From the NCBI GenBank assembly GCA_043228905.1, contig JBHGNT010000007.1, positions 20,398,001 to 20,462,000 on the forward strand: a stretch of 64,000 bases of DNA. The letters are read 5' to 3'. The notes under the pieces are model-generated. The model saw only the letters and a program-made list of their open reading frames with translations. It did no database searches and was not told the DNA's origin. This document shows positions 26,784-40,308 of the stretch, one piece after another; positions within the stretch are counted from its first letter, which is position 1; each line of letters begins with the position of its first letter. The translations under genes and the position numbers were made by a program. Origin of the DNA: Azolla caroliniana (lineage: Eukaryota; Plantae; Polypodiophyta).

Positions 26784-28400
26784 TGTATCAACTATAAATT
26801 GATTAAGAAGTAAGAAGCTAAGTGGACTGGTTTTGATCTCTTATGTGCATTTCACAATATATCTATTCTATGAAATTAATGAGGGATCCCTTATATAGGG
26901 TTCCTTGTGCACTAAGGGCTAAGCATGTACCACACTTGGTACACATAGAGTTAGAAGTAGTAAGAGATTTAAAGCATGTGCCACAACTAAAGATCCTTAT
27001 CTAAATGGTAATATTTTTTATGAAATTTTCCTTAGCAATAATTATAATACTTTATAATGTTTAATCTCCAGTGCATTCCTAGTCTAATAGTCTCCTTTGT
27101 TGGACTCATGTTTCAACTAGATCAGACTCTTGTTGGACTCGTGTTAGAAATAATAAGAATCAACTAGATAGGCATATAGAGTTACACTAACAAAGATGTA
27201 TTTGTCAATATGAACTTTCAATTACATATGAGAGTAGCGTGCAATAATTGTCCTTCTGTGTGCTCATAACTTAGAGCTTTGATGGGATCTGGATTAATCA
27301 ACTACAAAGCTAGTTGATACAGATAATAGTCTGAATAATTGTGTTAGAGAAATATGGTTGAAATTTAAACTTTGTGTTTGGTCTTTTGGTCACATTAGAT
27401 GTTGATAGTAGTCAGAATATTAGTTTTTCAATCAACCAACTTGTCATTTAATATGATCTAGCTCCCTAGATTCAAGCTAGTGCTAGATAGTACCTATCTT
27501 AAAGTGAACGGATCTTTCTCCTCGACAACTGATCTCGGCCTCTTGCAACATCTTCACTCAAGGAGCTTCCACCGTAGGTCTTGCATATTGTATTCTTCCC
27601 CACCTTAAGCATCATCCCTCGACCTCTTGTGCATCACTTTGCCAAGAAGTGCTCCATAGACATCCTACATGAGAATCTACCATTTGGGATGCATGTGTCT
27701 AGCATTATGTAGAAAGTATCCCATGAACTTTACAACATGCACATGAATATCAAGACTCGTTTATGTGGGTGGTGACCAAAGCTATTTCCTTCATTAAAAT
27801 CTCATACAACGTATGAATCATGTAGAATTTATTCGATATACCATTCTTTTCATAAGTGTACAATGTCGTACATCTTCTTGCATCTTCATAAGTGTATAAT
27901 TTTGGTAGTCTATCACTAAAAAATAGATGTTATCCACGAGTTGGAGTTAGACCCTTGATATCACTAGTTGATTAAGATCCTCTAGTCTTCTTTGGTCATG
28001 TGAATGGGTTTTCTTCCCCTCAAGTGGCTTCCATTGTTTCCTCGTAATCAAAATGTCCTTGATCCAATTATTCCATAGGACAATGTCTCCTTTACCAAAT
28101 GTCTTAAGCATTGAGCTCCCACTTCCTAGAGTTGTGAAGTCTCCTAGAAAGATTCCCATATACAATGCACCAATAATCTAGGTTACATGGAATTCTTTGA
28201 GTGGTTTGGCTTCCACCAACAGGTGAACTCTTCCCTTTCTTGTCAATGGTCTTCTAGTTCTCTTATGTATGTTGTTGCTCAAGTTCCTTCCAAGCTCTGT
28301 TGTGCCTTTCGATGTTCTTCCTCTTTGTTGTGTTATAGATGAACTTTGTGCTATTAGGCTAATCTATTAAGACTTAATAAGATCCTACCCTATTACTACA
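26784..28400 (-). mobile_element. highly degraded, internally deleted copia-like remnant
   Basis: Minus-strand gag-like peptide WNNWIKDILITRKQWKPLEGKK (27947-28165) and VEEKDPFT-like pre-RT motif at ~27500-27530; boundaries uncertain. Confidence 0.4.
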
Positions 28401-29023
28401 ATAAATGAGGCAAATAGTGGCCAAATCACTACGTTTGTGTGTATGTGTGTCCACCGTTCTTTGTAGTCTTCTACTTTGAGTCTTTGAGTTTTTTATTGGA
28501 CTATCATGGCCACAACTTTTATGATGTTGTCAGACTAATCATTTTCTCATGTATGTAGAATTTATACTAATGAAGAATATTGTTTTGGAAAAAAAAAAAT
28601 CACTACGTTTGGCATATCATGCAAAGATACAATTTGACATATTAGAAAGAATTGAATCAACAATTCCGAAGATGGAAATTACACTATCACAATAGTACAT
28701 AAGATATAATGTGCAAGATTTCTCCCTCCCTCCTTTAAAAAGTTCTATAATTTAAGGAAGATCTACACCTTCCAAACACTAAGTTTATCGTATTTGTACC
28801 TTGTCTTGGGCAGTCTGCAATAAGCCACCCCAATTGGCATTTCCCTATAGTACACGATATTTACATAAGAAAGTTTGGGAGTGATTTTCTTGAGCATTTT
28901 GTGGCCCGTTTCACTATAGTGTATTGCATCAATGCATGCATGTTATGCATATTACTTTTCATGTGAGGTCATAGTGTGGTATACACAAGAATAAAAATTC
29001 CATACCGTTTTTTTGGTGGGTAG

Positions 29024-30129
29024 TGTTACGGGCATGACCATATAATATCCCGTGGTGAGAATTTACCGTAGTATTCTATACACGTGGATAACTATGAGGG
29101 TTAAACGAGAGTGTAAAGAAGGGGAGGATTACTTTTAATCCTCGGGATTGAGACAACCCATTAGGTCAAGTGTGAACTTGCCTAGGGCCTTGGGTATCGC
29201 TATAAATATGAGGCCTAGCTACCCTCATTTGATGATATCTGGACTACGTCGAGACTCTATTTCGTGGTGGGTCAACTCTTGTAGCGAGCGTGCCAGCACC
29301 AAGTACGACTCAACACCACGACGGCGGTATGGGACGTTGTCATAGTGTAATTCGCACACTACGTGAAATATGTAACAAAATATATCCGATTTAAGTACGC
29401 ATAAATAAATAAAAGAAAATATTAAAAATATTGTTACATACATAGGGCAAGATTCAAACCCTATACCTCCATGTAAACAAGCCCAAACTTTACCATTGTA
29501 CTAACTTACCATAAGTGAATTAATAGAGATTTAATAGGTATAAGAGTTATATTTACGCCTATTTTTACAAAAAAAAAAAAGAGTAAATCATGCACTTTTA
29601 GAGTGTATGAAAACTTTATTTGGAAGAAAAATGCAAGCCAATTACTCATGCACATCTAGTGTGCATGAACACTTTAGGGAAAAGCATGATGTTATGCTTA
29701 GCCTCTTCCATCACTATATAAGGAAGAGAGAAAATATGTATACGGTTGTTGATTTTTTATAAGGGTTGATTAATATAAAATATTCGTGGGAATTCACGAT
29801 TTTGCCATCTATTTCTCTCTTACAATCTAAGTATCAATTAATACACTATACTCGTGGGATTCATGAGTTTCATATCTTCATCTTGCAATCTATTCGTAAC
29901 AAACCTTATCTCATATTCTTCTTTCTCCTAGTCCAAAACCCCAGCGGTTCCCACCCGACTCACACGACAATCCAACGCCGAAAGGCCCGAAAACGCCGAT
30001 CGAGGATCGAGTCCGTCTCGATCCCTTCGCTCGAGGGTGGTCGGGTGTATCGGCACCCTTCTTTCTCTCTGTCCTTTCTATCTATCTTTAATCCTTATCA
30101 TATGCTTACTTCAGATCATGACTCTAACA
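29024..30129 (+). repeat. 5' LTR of the deleted gypsy element
   Basis: Imperfect terminal IR TGTTACGGGCATGACC / GATCATGACTCTAACA; last ~75 bp repeated at 33672-33745; TATATAA at ~29715. Confidence 0.85.
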
Positions 30130-30382
30130 GTTTTTATCAGAGCTTATGTTTCCTTTGTTTGTTTTTGTCTTCTTGATGGATGGTGATCGATCGTCATGCG
30201 GTCGACCTTGATCCAGATAGCGATCAACAAAGGAACTCCGGTAACTCTTTCTTGTTTTTTTTTCTATTTTTGCTTCTCCCATCTAATCATGTAGATGGTC
30301 AATATGAAAGTTTTTTTCATTGATTCAATGATGTTGTAGTGGTAAGTAATTGGTTACATATAAAATGTTCACATATGTGTAT

Positions 30383-30633
30383 GAGGTCAATACCTCATTT
30401 GACATATATTTAATATGTGATTTGTGTCGTACGCGTACGAGGTTAATACCTCAATTGCATATTACGTTCACATACATATGTTATGTATGCGCATGAGGTC
30501 AATACCTCAATTTCTATGTAAACGATATGTGTTTGGTGTCATATGCGTAAGAGGTCAATACCTCAATTGCGTATTACGATTGACCCTTATTATTGGATGT
30601 TTCGTGTGTGTAGAGGCTAAGGCTATATGCCTC
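30383..30633 (+). repeat. 56-bp-period hairpin array in the 5' leader
   Basis: GAGGTCAATACCTC (one copy GAGGTTAATACCTC) at 30383, 30439, 30495 and 30551; variant GAGGC...GCCTC at 30613. Confidence 0.88.
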
Positions 30634-33600
30634 AATTACGTGTCTCAATTTCATCATATGTTGGCTATTTGATGTTGTGATTTTTCTTAATATACGCATA
30701 TGTGGTCACGTGTATACGTATTTGATCGTATATGTGTGATAAATATACATATGTGTATGTTAGTCATAACGTAATTTCTATATCGAATGTTGTCCTTTTC
30801 GGGGAAAGGATCTTGGTGTCCATCCTCACATTTTTGTGCGAGGCATATTCATCATCCTTTTTTCAACAATCTTTTTTGTTGACATCCTCGTTGGTCACTT
30901 CGATTTCATTACGTAACGAAACGATCATAGCCACAATGATGGTGAGAACGTAGGGCTTGACCCACTTTATGTGAGGTCGCTCCTAGGACACACATATCCA
31001 ACATCCCTCCCTCATTACATGGATAGGATGCCACCATGAGATCATTCTTACAAAAGGCATTCGTAATGATATAACCATGTGATGGGCCACGTGGGCCTAC
31101 TACGAAAAGAGGGCTCATTTGGCTTGACCATTAGGTTACACTTTGGCATATGCCATCATAATTATGAGATTTGAGGTTAGGTAACGTACCAACATAGTTT
31201 GTGGTAAATGAGGGGGAAATAAGGACTCTTGACATATATGTTTCTTTTAAAAAAACATATATGAGCAAATGCCTCGCATATCTCTTATACGCATAAAACA
31301 TTTAACATTCAACACGAGCAACCTATTTGGTTAGCTCAAGCATTTAATGCATTTGTTCTCGAGGTCTTGAGTTCAAATATGACCAAGACCATACAACATT
31401 ATTGATACATATGACTATAATACATGACATTTAGACTTTAGGTCTAAGTGCACTTCGGGGCCCTCATAATAGGACTTAAAGAGCCGAAACCACATACGTG
31501 TGTATAGTTTATTGTTAACATTTTTTTTCGTGTATAAACTATTCATGACGTGAACATACATGGTTGAGCCTCGGGGAGCCACCACGAAAAAAATTGATAT
31601 AGAGATTAGGGAAAGACATTCATTTGTTACCCCCATGGTTTTTAAAACACCTTTGTGTTACCATAGTAACCTGATCTGTCTTGAACCTCATCTCATATGT
31701 CTAGAGGGGTATTCACGTGAGATCATGATATCGATTCATGTTGGCCCATGATATGTTTACATCACGACTTGATGTTATGACTATTTTTCTGACCTTATCC
31801 TATTTCTTTGCCAAAAATAATCATTTAATGGCTCAGAATAACGACCTGATGTCATCCGCTCAAGCGGAAGGAACTCAAGGAAATCCTCTTCGAGCAATCT
31901 CCATTGAGTCATATTTCTTACAAATACAAAATTTCCTTAGTTCAACCGCTCATCAGATGTTTGAACTTCGGCAATCTCAAAGTGCTCTCAAGGCACGTGT
32001 CATTAGTTTACAACGTGAGACTAATAGACCCGATGAGCGTCAGGGTGAACCATCATTTGTCGTAAAGCCATTTACGGGAGAAAAAAAAGGAAAGAACCGA
32101 AGAAGCAATCTACACGTGGCTGGGCTGATGGGAGTCTCATTTTGAGCTCTATCCCACGCTAGATAGTACGAAGATTGCATATGTCAGCCGAGAACTAGGG
32201 GGTAAGGTCGCCGCCTGGTGGTGTGGGCTCCGAACTTTGGGGAAATTTCCCGAGACCTGGACAAATTTTGTCATAGTTTTTAAGGGCCAATTTCTGCAAC
32301 CTCCCTCTTGAACCGAGGCAATACAAGGTTTATAGAACCTCTCTTGCAGGAAGTTTTCCTCGCTACAAGACTATGTCCACCATGCTAGAACCCAAATCCA
32401 AAAATCGGGTCTAGAAGGGGACAATTTGTTAATAGCTTGTTTTGTCAATGGCATCCCCAATTCAGACTATCACTGGATAGTGCACGATAAGGATCCAAAA
32501 TCCTTCAAAGAGGCCGTTGAAATAGTTCTTCGCTAGCAACGCACTTCGAAGAATGACTATAACAAACCCAACAATGCGCTCGGCACTAAACAGTCATAAT
32601 TCGATGGGAAACGCAAGCCACCCAACGAATTCATGGATCATGATTGTAAGCGACAACATCCTTTTTGCATATTCTGCAAAAAGAAGGGTCATACAAAAGA
32701 ACAATGTCGAATGCTCCAACGGAAAGAGCATGAAAACAAAGCAAAAGTTGCAGACCATAAAGGTCAGATTCCTAATGTCCTTGAGGTCTATACACATCAT
32801 TTAAGTAATTGTCTATGTTCTTTCCCTCACTATGTATTGGGACCCAATGATTTACTACGTGCAAACGGGTATATCAATGGATCTCCCGTACAATTTTTAT
32901 TTGATTCGGGAAGCTCACACAATTTTGTTATTTATTGCTACTAAAACCACGGTAACAGCTCTTGAATTGGCTTACCAATTCGTTGACGAGTTATTTCATT
33001 TTTATGGGTTACCGATGGATATCGTGAGTGATCGATATCCAAAGTTTACTAGTGACTTCTGGACGCAAGGTTTTAAGAAGTTAGAAACTACATTGAGCAT
33101 CAGCTCCACGGATCATCCTCAATCCGATGGACAGACAGAACGAGTAAATCTGGTGCAAGACCAACAAAATGGGAACGTTATCTCCCAATTTTGGAGTTTG
33201 CTTATAACAGCTCCAAGCATACGTCGACGGGATATAGTCCTTTTATGTTGATGTATGACTTTCAGCCACAAGCCCCGATTGATGTTAATATACATCATGA
33301 TAAGTTGCGAAGTACGCAAAACTGTCTTCGGGATATGCAAGATATGTTGCATATTGCATGAGATAATATAAAAATAGCTCAAGATAGAGCACGTTTTTAC
33401 GCCGACCATAATAGGCAACCTCATGTATTCAACCCTAAACAGAAGGTATTTTTACGTGTACCTCACAATTCTAAGACATTGTCTACGGGTAAGTGCGTTA
33501 AGTTAACCCCATGGTTTTGTGGACCTTTTCAAGTCCTCAAACGCATTGGTTCATCAGCCTATCATCTCACTCTTCCCGATGGCGTTAAAATTCATCTAGT

Positions 33601-34853
33601 TTTCATGTAAGTCGTCTAAAAGAACTTCTAGGTTCTGGCGACAATACAATTACAACTGAAACTCTGGTTACTTCTATCTCTCTATCTTTCTATCTATCTA
33701 TCTTTTATCCTTATCATATGCTTACTTTAGATCATGACTCTAACAAGTAGACACTCCACTTATATAGAGGCCTAAATGGGCTATTACACATGCACTCATG
33801 GCGCTTAACTGTTACACATGGCGGCCGCGTGAGCAATGGCATGGACTACGCACATGGCACCTCACATGGCCACTCCACAATCGATTGAATTGAGCTTGCT
33901 AAATAATCATAAAGATCGCATGTGTGTAATTTTATACATCCCTCGCAATTGTTACACCTACTTCTAGCTTACAATAACTAAATTTCTTGACTAAATATTG
34001 GAGACTTACAAATCTCATTTTTCTACCACTGTTGTTGAGTAGATGGAAGGCTATTAGGATTATCCGACATTCTTCTCATATAGATTAAAGGGTTACATCT
34101 CCCAATACAAATAGGCAGATTAGGTTTCCCTTTACAAATTTCGTCCACTTAACCAAGTAAAGATCGCGAGATAGGCATTCTCCATGACCATTGCTATGGT
34201 TGCACATTGGTGAACAACAAAGAAGTTGCATGAGGATTCTCATCTACATAGCGTCATGATTAACCAAAGTTTGATGTATGAAATTTTATTGAAATAGTTC
34301 AAGGATATTGTATTGGGATTATATATTTTGGTGTCACAAAATTTTACAATTGTCGGGGTTGAGATAATGTTATCATTTTCATTAGTGTTCTTTAAAAATG
34401 TGAATCTCAATGCTATAGATTAAATCATGGACTCCAAACTTGAATCCTCAACCTACAATGTTGAGAACCACAAATTTATACCATTATGGCACACATTAAA
34501 TTTTATTACTAAATCTAAGTAGTAATTTGGATGACAACGTTGAAAGTTTCTTACATGATGCATGCATGAAATGATCGCATCTTTTTGCATTAAAATGAAA
34601 TGTCTAGTTCAAATAATACATGTTATCAACCTCAAATACGTTGTCGTGATGTTTTCGTGCCACGATGAGAAAATAACCTCTACCAAATTATATGAATTGA
34701 TTCAAATCTTTGTATATGGTTTTTTAGCTAAGCAATAGGTAATAACTCGATAAGAACCATTCGCCATAGGATGATAATAGCTAGTTAAATCTACGAAAAA
34801 CATGTAAAATATTTTAAAGCTAAATACCTATTATCAACACACTTGTTATTATT

Positions 34854-36342
34854 TTTATTTTTTTTCCAAAAAAATATTGCTTCGCATTAGTTAGCAAACA
34901 AAATTACATCATAGAACTCTCAAAATTCCTCTCAACAGACCTCACTCTGGCCTTCCCACCAAAGCGGACATAGTCCCCACCTCATTTTCAACAAACGTAT
35001 CCAAACAACTCCAATAACCTAGTTATTTGTACCATAACTATACAAATTTACAACACCTAGACGTTGTTGGAAACTATTGGGGGAAACAACCATCGGGGTG
35101 CTTGGTAGTGCCATTGAGGCCCTGATGATGATCTGCCGACCATAGGAGAATTACCCCATTTCAGCAAGAACTTTGATCGAGATCTTTCAGCTGCATCAGA
35201 TTCCCCCTTAATCGAGTCGTATCGTCCCCGCAGCCAAGAGACCAACTCAAACCAGATATTTATTAATACCTCACCACTAGGGATCTTTTGTTGTTGAAAA
35301 ACAAACTTACAACGGTTGGTCCAAATGTGCCAGACCGATAAACAAGCCACCATCCTCCATATCTCTTCAAAAAGTTCTGAGTTAGTGCCAGGTCGAACTC
35401 CAGCCCGTTGAAACACCTTGCCACCTTGCACTATAAATCCATGTCCGTGAGGGTTTTAACTGTTCAGCCCAACCTTCCCCTGTTAACTTCAGCCCCTGTA
35501 CAAACCCCCATACAACTCTCCCATTCACGCCGCATGCTGCCACTATCCGGAGACTTCTACCCCAAATGTTAATAGCCTCGTTACAATTCCAAAAACAATG
35601 AGGAATTGATTCCAAAGGGTGACCACTAATTTTGCATCCAGCCTCACCACCACGACACCTAAGCCACTCCCCCACTGGTACAGCTTTGTGACTAAGAAGC
35701 CACAACCAAAGCTTTATTTTTTCTGGCATATCGAACGCCCATAGCCTCCTCCAAAACGACTTCAACCAGCCATCAGAAATGCATTTATCCAGCTATTGCG
35801 AGTTAGGGAAACACCCATCGATTTAGATCCAATGATTTGCCTTCCTAGCTTGGTAGTGTACTCGAAAAACCGTTCAAGTTTGTCCGTTCCTGGTTTCTGC
35901 CACCACACCTCTAGTGGATCCCAATCCAGATCACATATGGGCTTGTTGTCAACTATCCAAAGCTTACAATCAGATTGCAGCTTCCCTAGGTCCGGGTTTA
36001 CTTGCCACTTCTTACCTTCTAGCATTGCCACTCGTACTGCCAACCACTAGCCATTGTCTGCCAAAGCACTTAGGTTGCCCCACCACCAATACTCATTAGA
36101 TGGGCACCTGCCTCGGATAACTTGTGCATTGTCCTCACCCACAAACCACCCAAACTAGACCCCCTCTTCTTCATTCATCCTAGCTAGACCATCAACAGCC
36201 TTATCTATCACATGGGTAATCTTTTCCAGCCTGCCAGTAAATCTAGGGCTACCAACCAGTCCCTCCCTTCTTCTCCTTTTGAACTCCTCCCAGTCTCTTA
36301 CTGAACTAACATTGTACTCTACCATTTTTCCCCATGGCAAGT
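34854..36342 (-). mobile_element. 5'-truncated L1-clade LINE (zf-RVT/C-terminal part)
   Basis: ORFs 35057-35431, 35382-35765 and 35762-36043 (ESIPHCFWNC, WHYQAPRWLFPP); poly(A) at ~34854-34865; 16-bp TSD CACACTTGTTATTATT at 34838-34853 and 36343-36358. Confidence 0.92.
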
Positions 36343-36620
36343 CACACTTGTTATTATTAGTATCAGCTATTTTAGCTATTAAAGTTATTACCCACTTTTA
36401 AAGCGAAATACCTATTATCAACACACTTGTTATTGTCACTATCAGCAATTTTAGCTATTAAAGCTATTACCCACTTTTAAAGCCAATTACATATTATCAA
36501 CACACTTGTCATTATTAGTATTAGCTATTAAAGTTATTAAATACTTTTAAAGCTAAATACCTATTCAAAGCACATTTTTTTATCACTAATAGGTATTTTA
36601 GCTATTAAAGCTATTACCCA
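36343..36620. repeat. AT-rich minisatellite (~65-78-bp unit), continuing at 34812-34853
   Basis: Repeated TTTTAAAGC..AATACCTATTATCAACACACTTGT and TAGCTATTAAAG.TATTACCC. Confidence 0.85.
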
Positions 36621-36624
36621 CAAA

Positions 36625-36934
36625 TGTAGGTGCCTCCTATGCATGGGTGACACTTGACACTCATGCATCCACCTTCCTCATGCATGGGTAACACTTGGCA
36701 CTCATACACACACCTTCCTCATGCATGGGTAACACTTGGCACTCATACACACACCTTCCTCATGTATAAAAGGGGGGTGAGTAATCGTATCAAGGGGGGG
36801 AATAACAATAGACGTTAAATACTATTGTAATTAGATAGGCAAGAAATACTATTGTAATCATCTTGGAAATATCAATACAAGCTATTTTGTTTCTCCTCTT
36901 TCTTTGGCAAGAAGCTCGGTGCTTACTTCCCACA
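36625..36934 (+). repeat. probable solo LTR containing 3 x 41-bp tandem repeats
   Basis: TGTAGG...CCCACA ends; ATGCATGGGTAACACTTGGCACTCATACACACACCTTCCTC-type unit x3 at ~36639-36763 followed by TATAAAA; no TSD found. Confidence 0.45.
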
Positions 36935-39593
36935 TTCGCATTTTTTTTTTCCTTTGCACGTACGCCATGATCAACATCACAACGTACCCAACCCCGTTTT
37001 TGTACAAATGAGAGAAGGGGATCAATTGTATTGTTTTTAGAACCAAATTTCCCTCTTTAATTTAATGTTTTTCATTTGTAAAAGGTCATTGATACAAATG
37101 AAAAGAATAAAAAGGTGAGTCTCTAGTGTTTTAAAGGAATAAGTAGTCTATTATCTCCTCTTGGGGGAGGGCTAGGTTTAGGGTTCTCATCACATTGAAG
37201 GCCAAGAAACACTAGCCTTGATGGTGCTCAATCATTGTCTCATATGTAACAATGTAGTGTTGATTCATGAAGTAGTGATAGTTTGCCAACCCTTTATTTT
37301 ATATTTTATATGCATTATTAACTTAAGTGCCCATACCACGAGTAACCCAAGGCACTCACTAAGGTTTGGGTGTCAAACACCCTAGACAATTCATGTTGAT
37401 ATTTTTGTCACATAATAGCCCATTCTAGTATGTGCTCTCACTCCAAGAATATGGTCCCACTTCAAGTGCCTTGAATTTGGGAATTTCCTCACTTTGATAT
37501 CTAGGCTATTGTAAAATTTGATTTAGATGTGGTTGTTTATAACACCTTTATAGAGATTATTATTTTTTGTATTTTATTGTAGACTACTAGCTTTAGGTCT
37601 AGTGCTCGACATCCGACTCTCATAGCTCCATTGTGGAATGTAAGGGTTGAACACATGACCTCCTCATCTTCGTCATACAACCTTACAACCACCTTTCACA
37701 CCTCTCTATTACTTCATATATATTTTCTTAATTTACTATATGCCATTATGGAATGCAAGGGTTGAATGAATGAGCTTATGGTTTTGGCTAGACAACCTTA
37801 CCAACAAAATTTTATATAAATTTTATAGGTGATTATCTAACCTAGGCATTCAACAAAACCATACAACATTAGACCTATAGAGAATGATTGTGATTGTCTC
37901 CATCTTATGAATTCCCCTTAGGGAAGTGCAACAATGCTTTATTTATTCATAGGTGTGGAGCCATCCACGCTTATCACATTATGCGCTTCAAACATCCCTT
38001 AATTTTCTAATGCTTAAGGAAGAAACTTTCCTTCTTTTTCCACCTCACTTTATGAAACTCTTGTGCCTTGAAGTTTCTTTATGTTCCCTTATTTATTAAT
38101 ATGTGGTCGATTTTCAAAGTCTCTTCCGCATATTCACATCATTTAGTCCTTTTGCGGTATTTACCCATGCCTATTTTCTCAAAGCACCCCAAGTTAAGGT
38201 AACTTTTCTTGGGGCCTTTAGTCTCATAGGGAACATTTATCGCCAACTTCTGTAGGTCATGAAGTGTCTTCAATCAACTACAAGGCCGTGAATTGCATAT
38301 ATACATCACCCCATCCATTGGGGTTTCTAGCCATGACCAATTTTTGGGGGCCTAAAGTAGCCACGCAAACCTAGATCACAACACACATCACATGGTTTGT
38401 TGAGGTTTCCTCCTGTGATCCGTTCCTACTAAATAATCAATGTTCACCCATATTTTCTTGATGTCTTTGATCATGTAGGAAACTAGTATCACTTGACTTT
38501 TTTGTGGCATAAAGTGACTATGAGAAGTCTCATAGTCATAGATCAACAACACGCATCATATGATCCTTATGACCAATTTTTAAGAGTACCCAACTTTTTC
38601 TTGGAACCTTTGGCCTCTCAAGCAAGAAGCATCATCTAATAATTCTAGGGTCTTAAGTCTGCACACATCACATAGTCCATGAGGATTTCAACCCATGGTT
38701 GGCTTCCTCAACATATGTATATCCATTCATCCAACTTTTCCAAGACTTTGTCTTTTATACATTTTTGGCGCTTGTAGTGTTCTTTAGGCATCTCAAAATT
38801 TCTCCCGCTGACATTTGATTTACAATCTAGGAAGTGAGACTGTTATCTTATTTATGTTAACTTTTTATTATCAAGGTCTATATGTAATTTTTATTATTAA
38901 GAACTTTTAGGTTACATATAGTTCGGAGATTTAATACAAGCATTCAAATTCAAAATACTTCTATTGATTAGAAATATAGATAATTTTTGCATTTTCTTGT
39001 CGAAGGGACATGTACTTATTGAGTTAATGAGTCATTATTTGATCTTCTTGCTTTTTATTCCTAGTCGATAACAAAAAATCAGTGTGATAAGTAAGGTGGA
39101 AAGGCAAAAGGGTTTTAAAAAGGAAAAGGAGGGCCTAGATAACTCGGTAGTATTTTATTTTATTTTATTTTATTCCAAAAAATAACTCGGTAGTATTAGA
39201 CCATGCGCTACTCTAGAAAGCATGTACTATGTAGATGAGGATGTGCTGAGTTTGATGTTAAGTCACCGGAGGTGCGAGATTTCTTTGTATGGGCCCATGT
39301 GGAGCATCTTCTTGTTCTTTTTATTTATTTCATGATGTGATAGTCATGTCCTCATAAAGCAACCATATTGGTCCTTACCATATTTCCTCTACATCTTCCA
39401 GTGTGTATTGCTCGATTAATTTGGATGCGGGTGCATTTTGAGAGGGTTTGCGTGTTGGTGTGAACAATACCTTCATATAAAACGACATGATGAATCATGA
39501 GGATAAGATATTTATCAAGGTTGTCGGTTAATAGGTGTTTAATGTAAACTTCTTCCGTAGAAATCAAGTTTTGAGGCTTGTAAAATCAATCAA

Positions 39594-39602
39594 TCTCTCT
39601 CG

Positions 39603-39652
<50 letters not shown>
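39594..39652. repeat. (CT)n microsatellite ~650 bp upstream of the AIL start codon
   Basis: Direct reading; possible GA-repeat (BPC/BBR) element. Confidence 0.9.
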
Positions 39653-39653
<1 letters not shown>

Positions 39654-40308
39654 GGGTCATGGGTTCAATTTATTTTTTCCTATGTACATTTATGTATACA
39701 ATTTATTAGATCTCCTAAACTACAAGCCACGTGATCCGGTGTGTGTCGAGAGTTACCCACATCACAATCTCTCAATCTCTTCCCTCTCTTTACTAGAAGG
39801 TGGGGACACTCACAATGAAATGTATGTCATGGGAAATCCAACATATTGTCCATCCACACATTTGCGGCTAATAATTAGAGACTGAATGGGTGTGTGTAGG
39901 CTGTGTGTATACACATAATAAGTAGAAGCTCCCCCACCCCCCCCCAAAAAAAGAGCAAAGGGTGACACAAATGCATAACCAATCAACAACACTACCATAT
40001 TTATGACTTTAACTTTAATCGGTTACTCAATCATATACATATACATATCCCTTCTTATATGTAAAAGAGCACTCCTCTAAATAAAGAACACTAATATTAA
40101 TCAAACATATACAATATACATACATATATTGTATACCTATACATTATACATATACATATACTTATACTCATACATATACATACATATAATGATATATATA
40201 TATATATATATCACTTCTTGTATGGAAAAGAGCACTCCTAGTAAATAAAGAACACTAATATTAATCAAACATACTAATCACAACTACAGTATTAATTTTA
40301 TTTTTACC

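Larger units (their letters stand above)
29024..33745 (+). mobile_element. chromovirus-type Ty3/gypsy element with RT/RNase H deleted and most of the 3' LTR deleted
   Basis: 5' LTR 29024-30129 (TGTTAC...CTAACA); degenerate iMet-type PBS TTTATCAGAGC; gag with CIFCKKKGHTKEQC; protease FLFDSGSSHNF joined at ~32930 to integrase (IVSDRYPKFTS, HPQSDGQTER, FCGPF, VFHVSRLK); LTR tail ~33672-33745; TSD GGTAG/AGTAG. Confidence 0.88.

Noticed and set aside
30383-30633. CRISPR-like array (palindromic repeat plus spacers)
   Set aside because: Spacers are related to each other (alternating), the repeat core is only 14 nt, no cas genes are present, and it lies in a plant retrotransposon leader.
38150-38800. 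Possible old gypsy integrase remnant
   Set aside because: Too degraded; no unambiguous motif.
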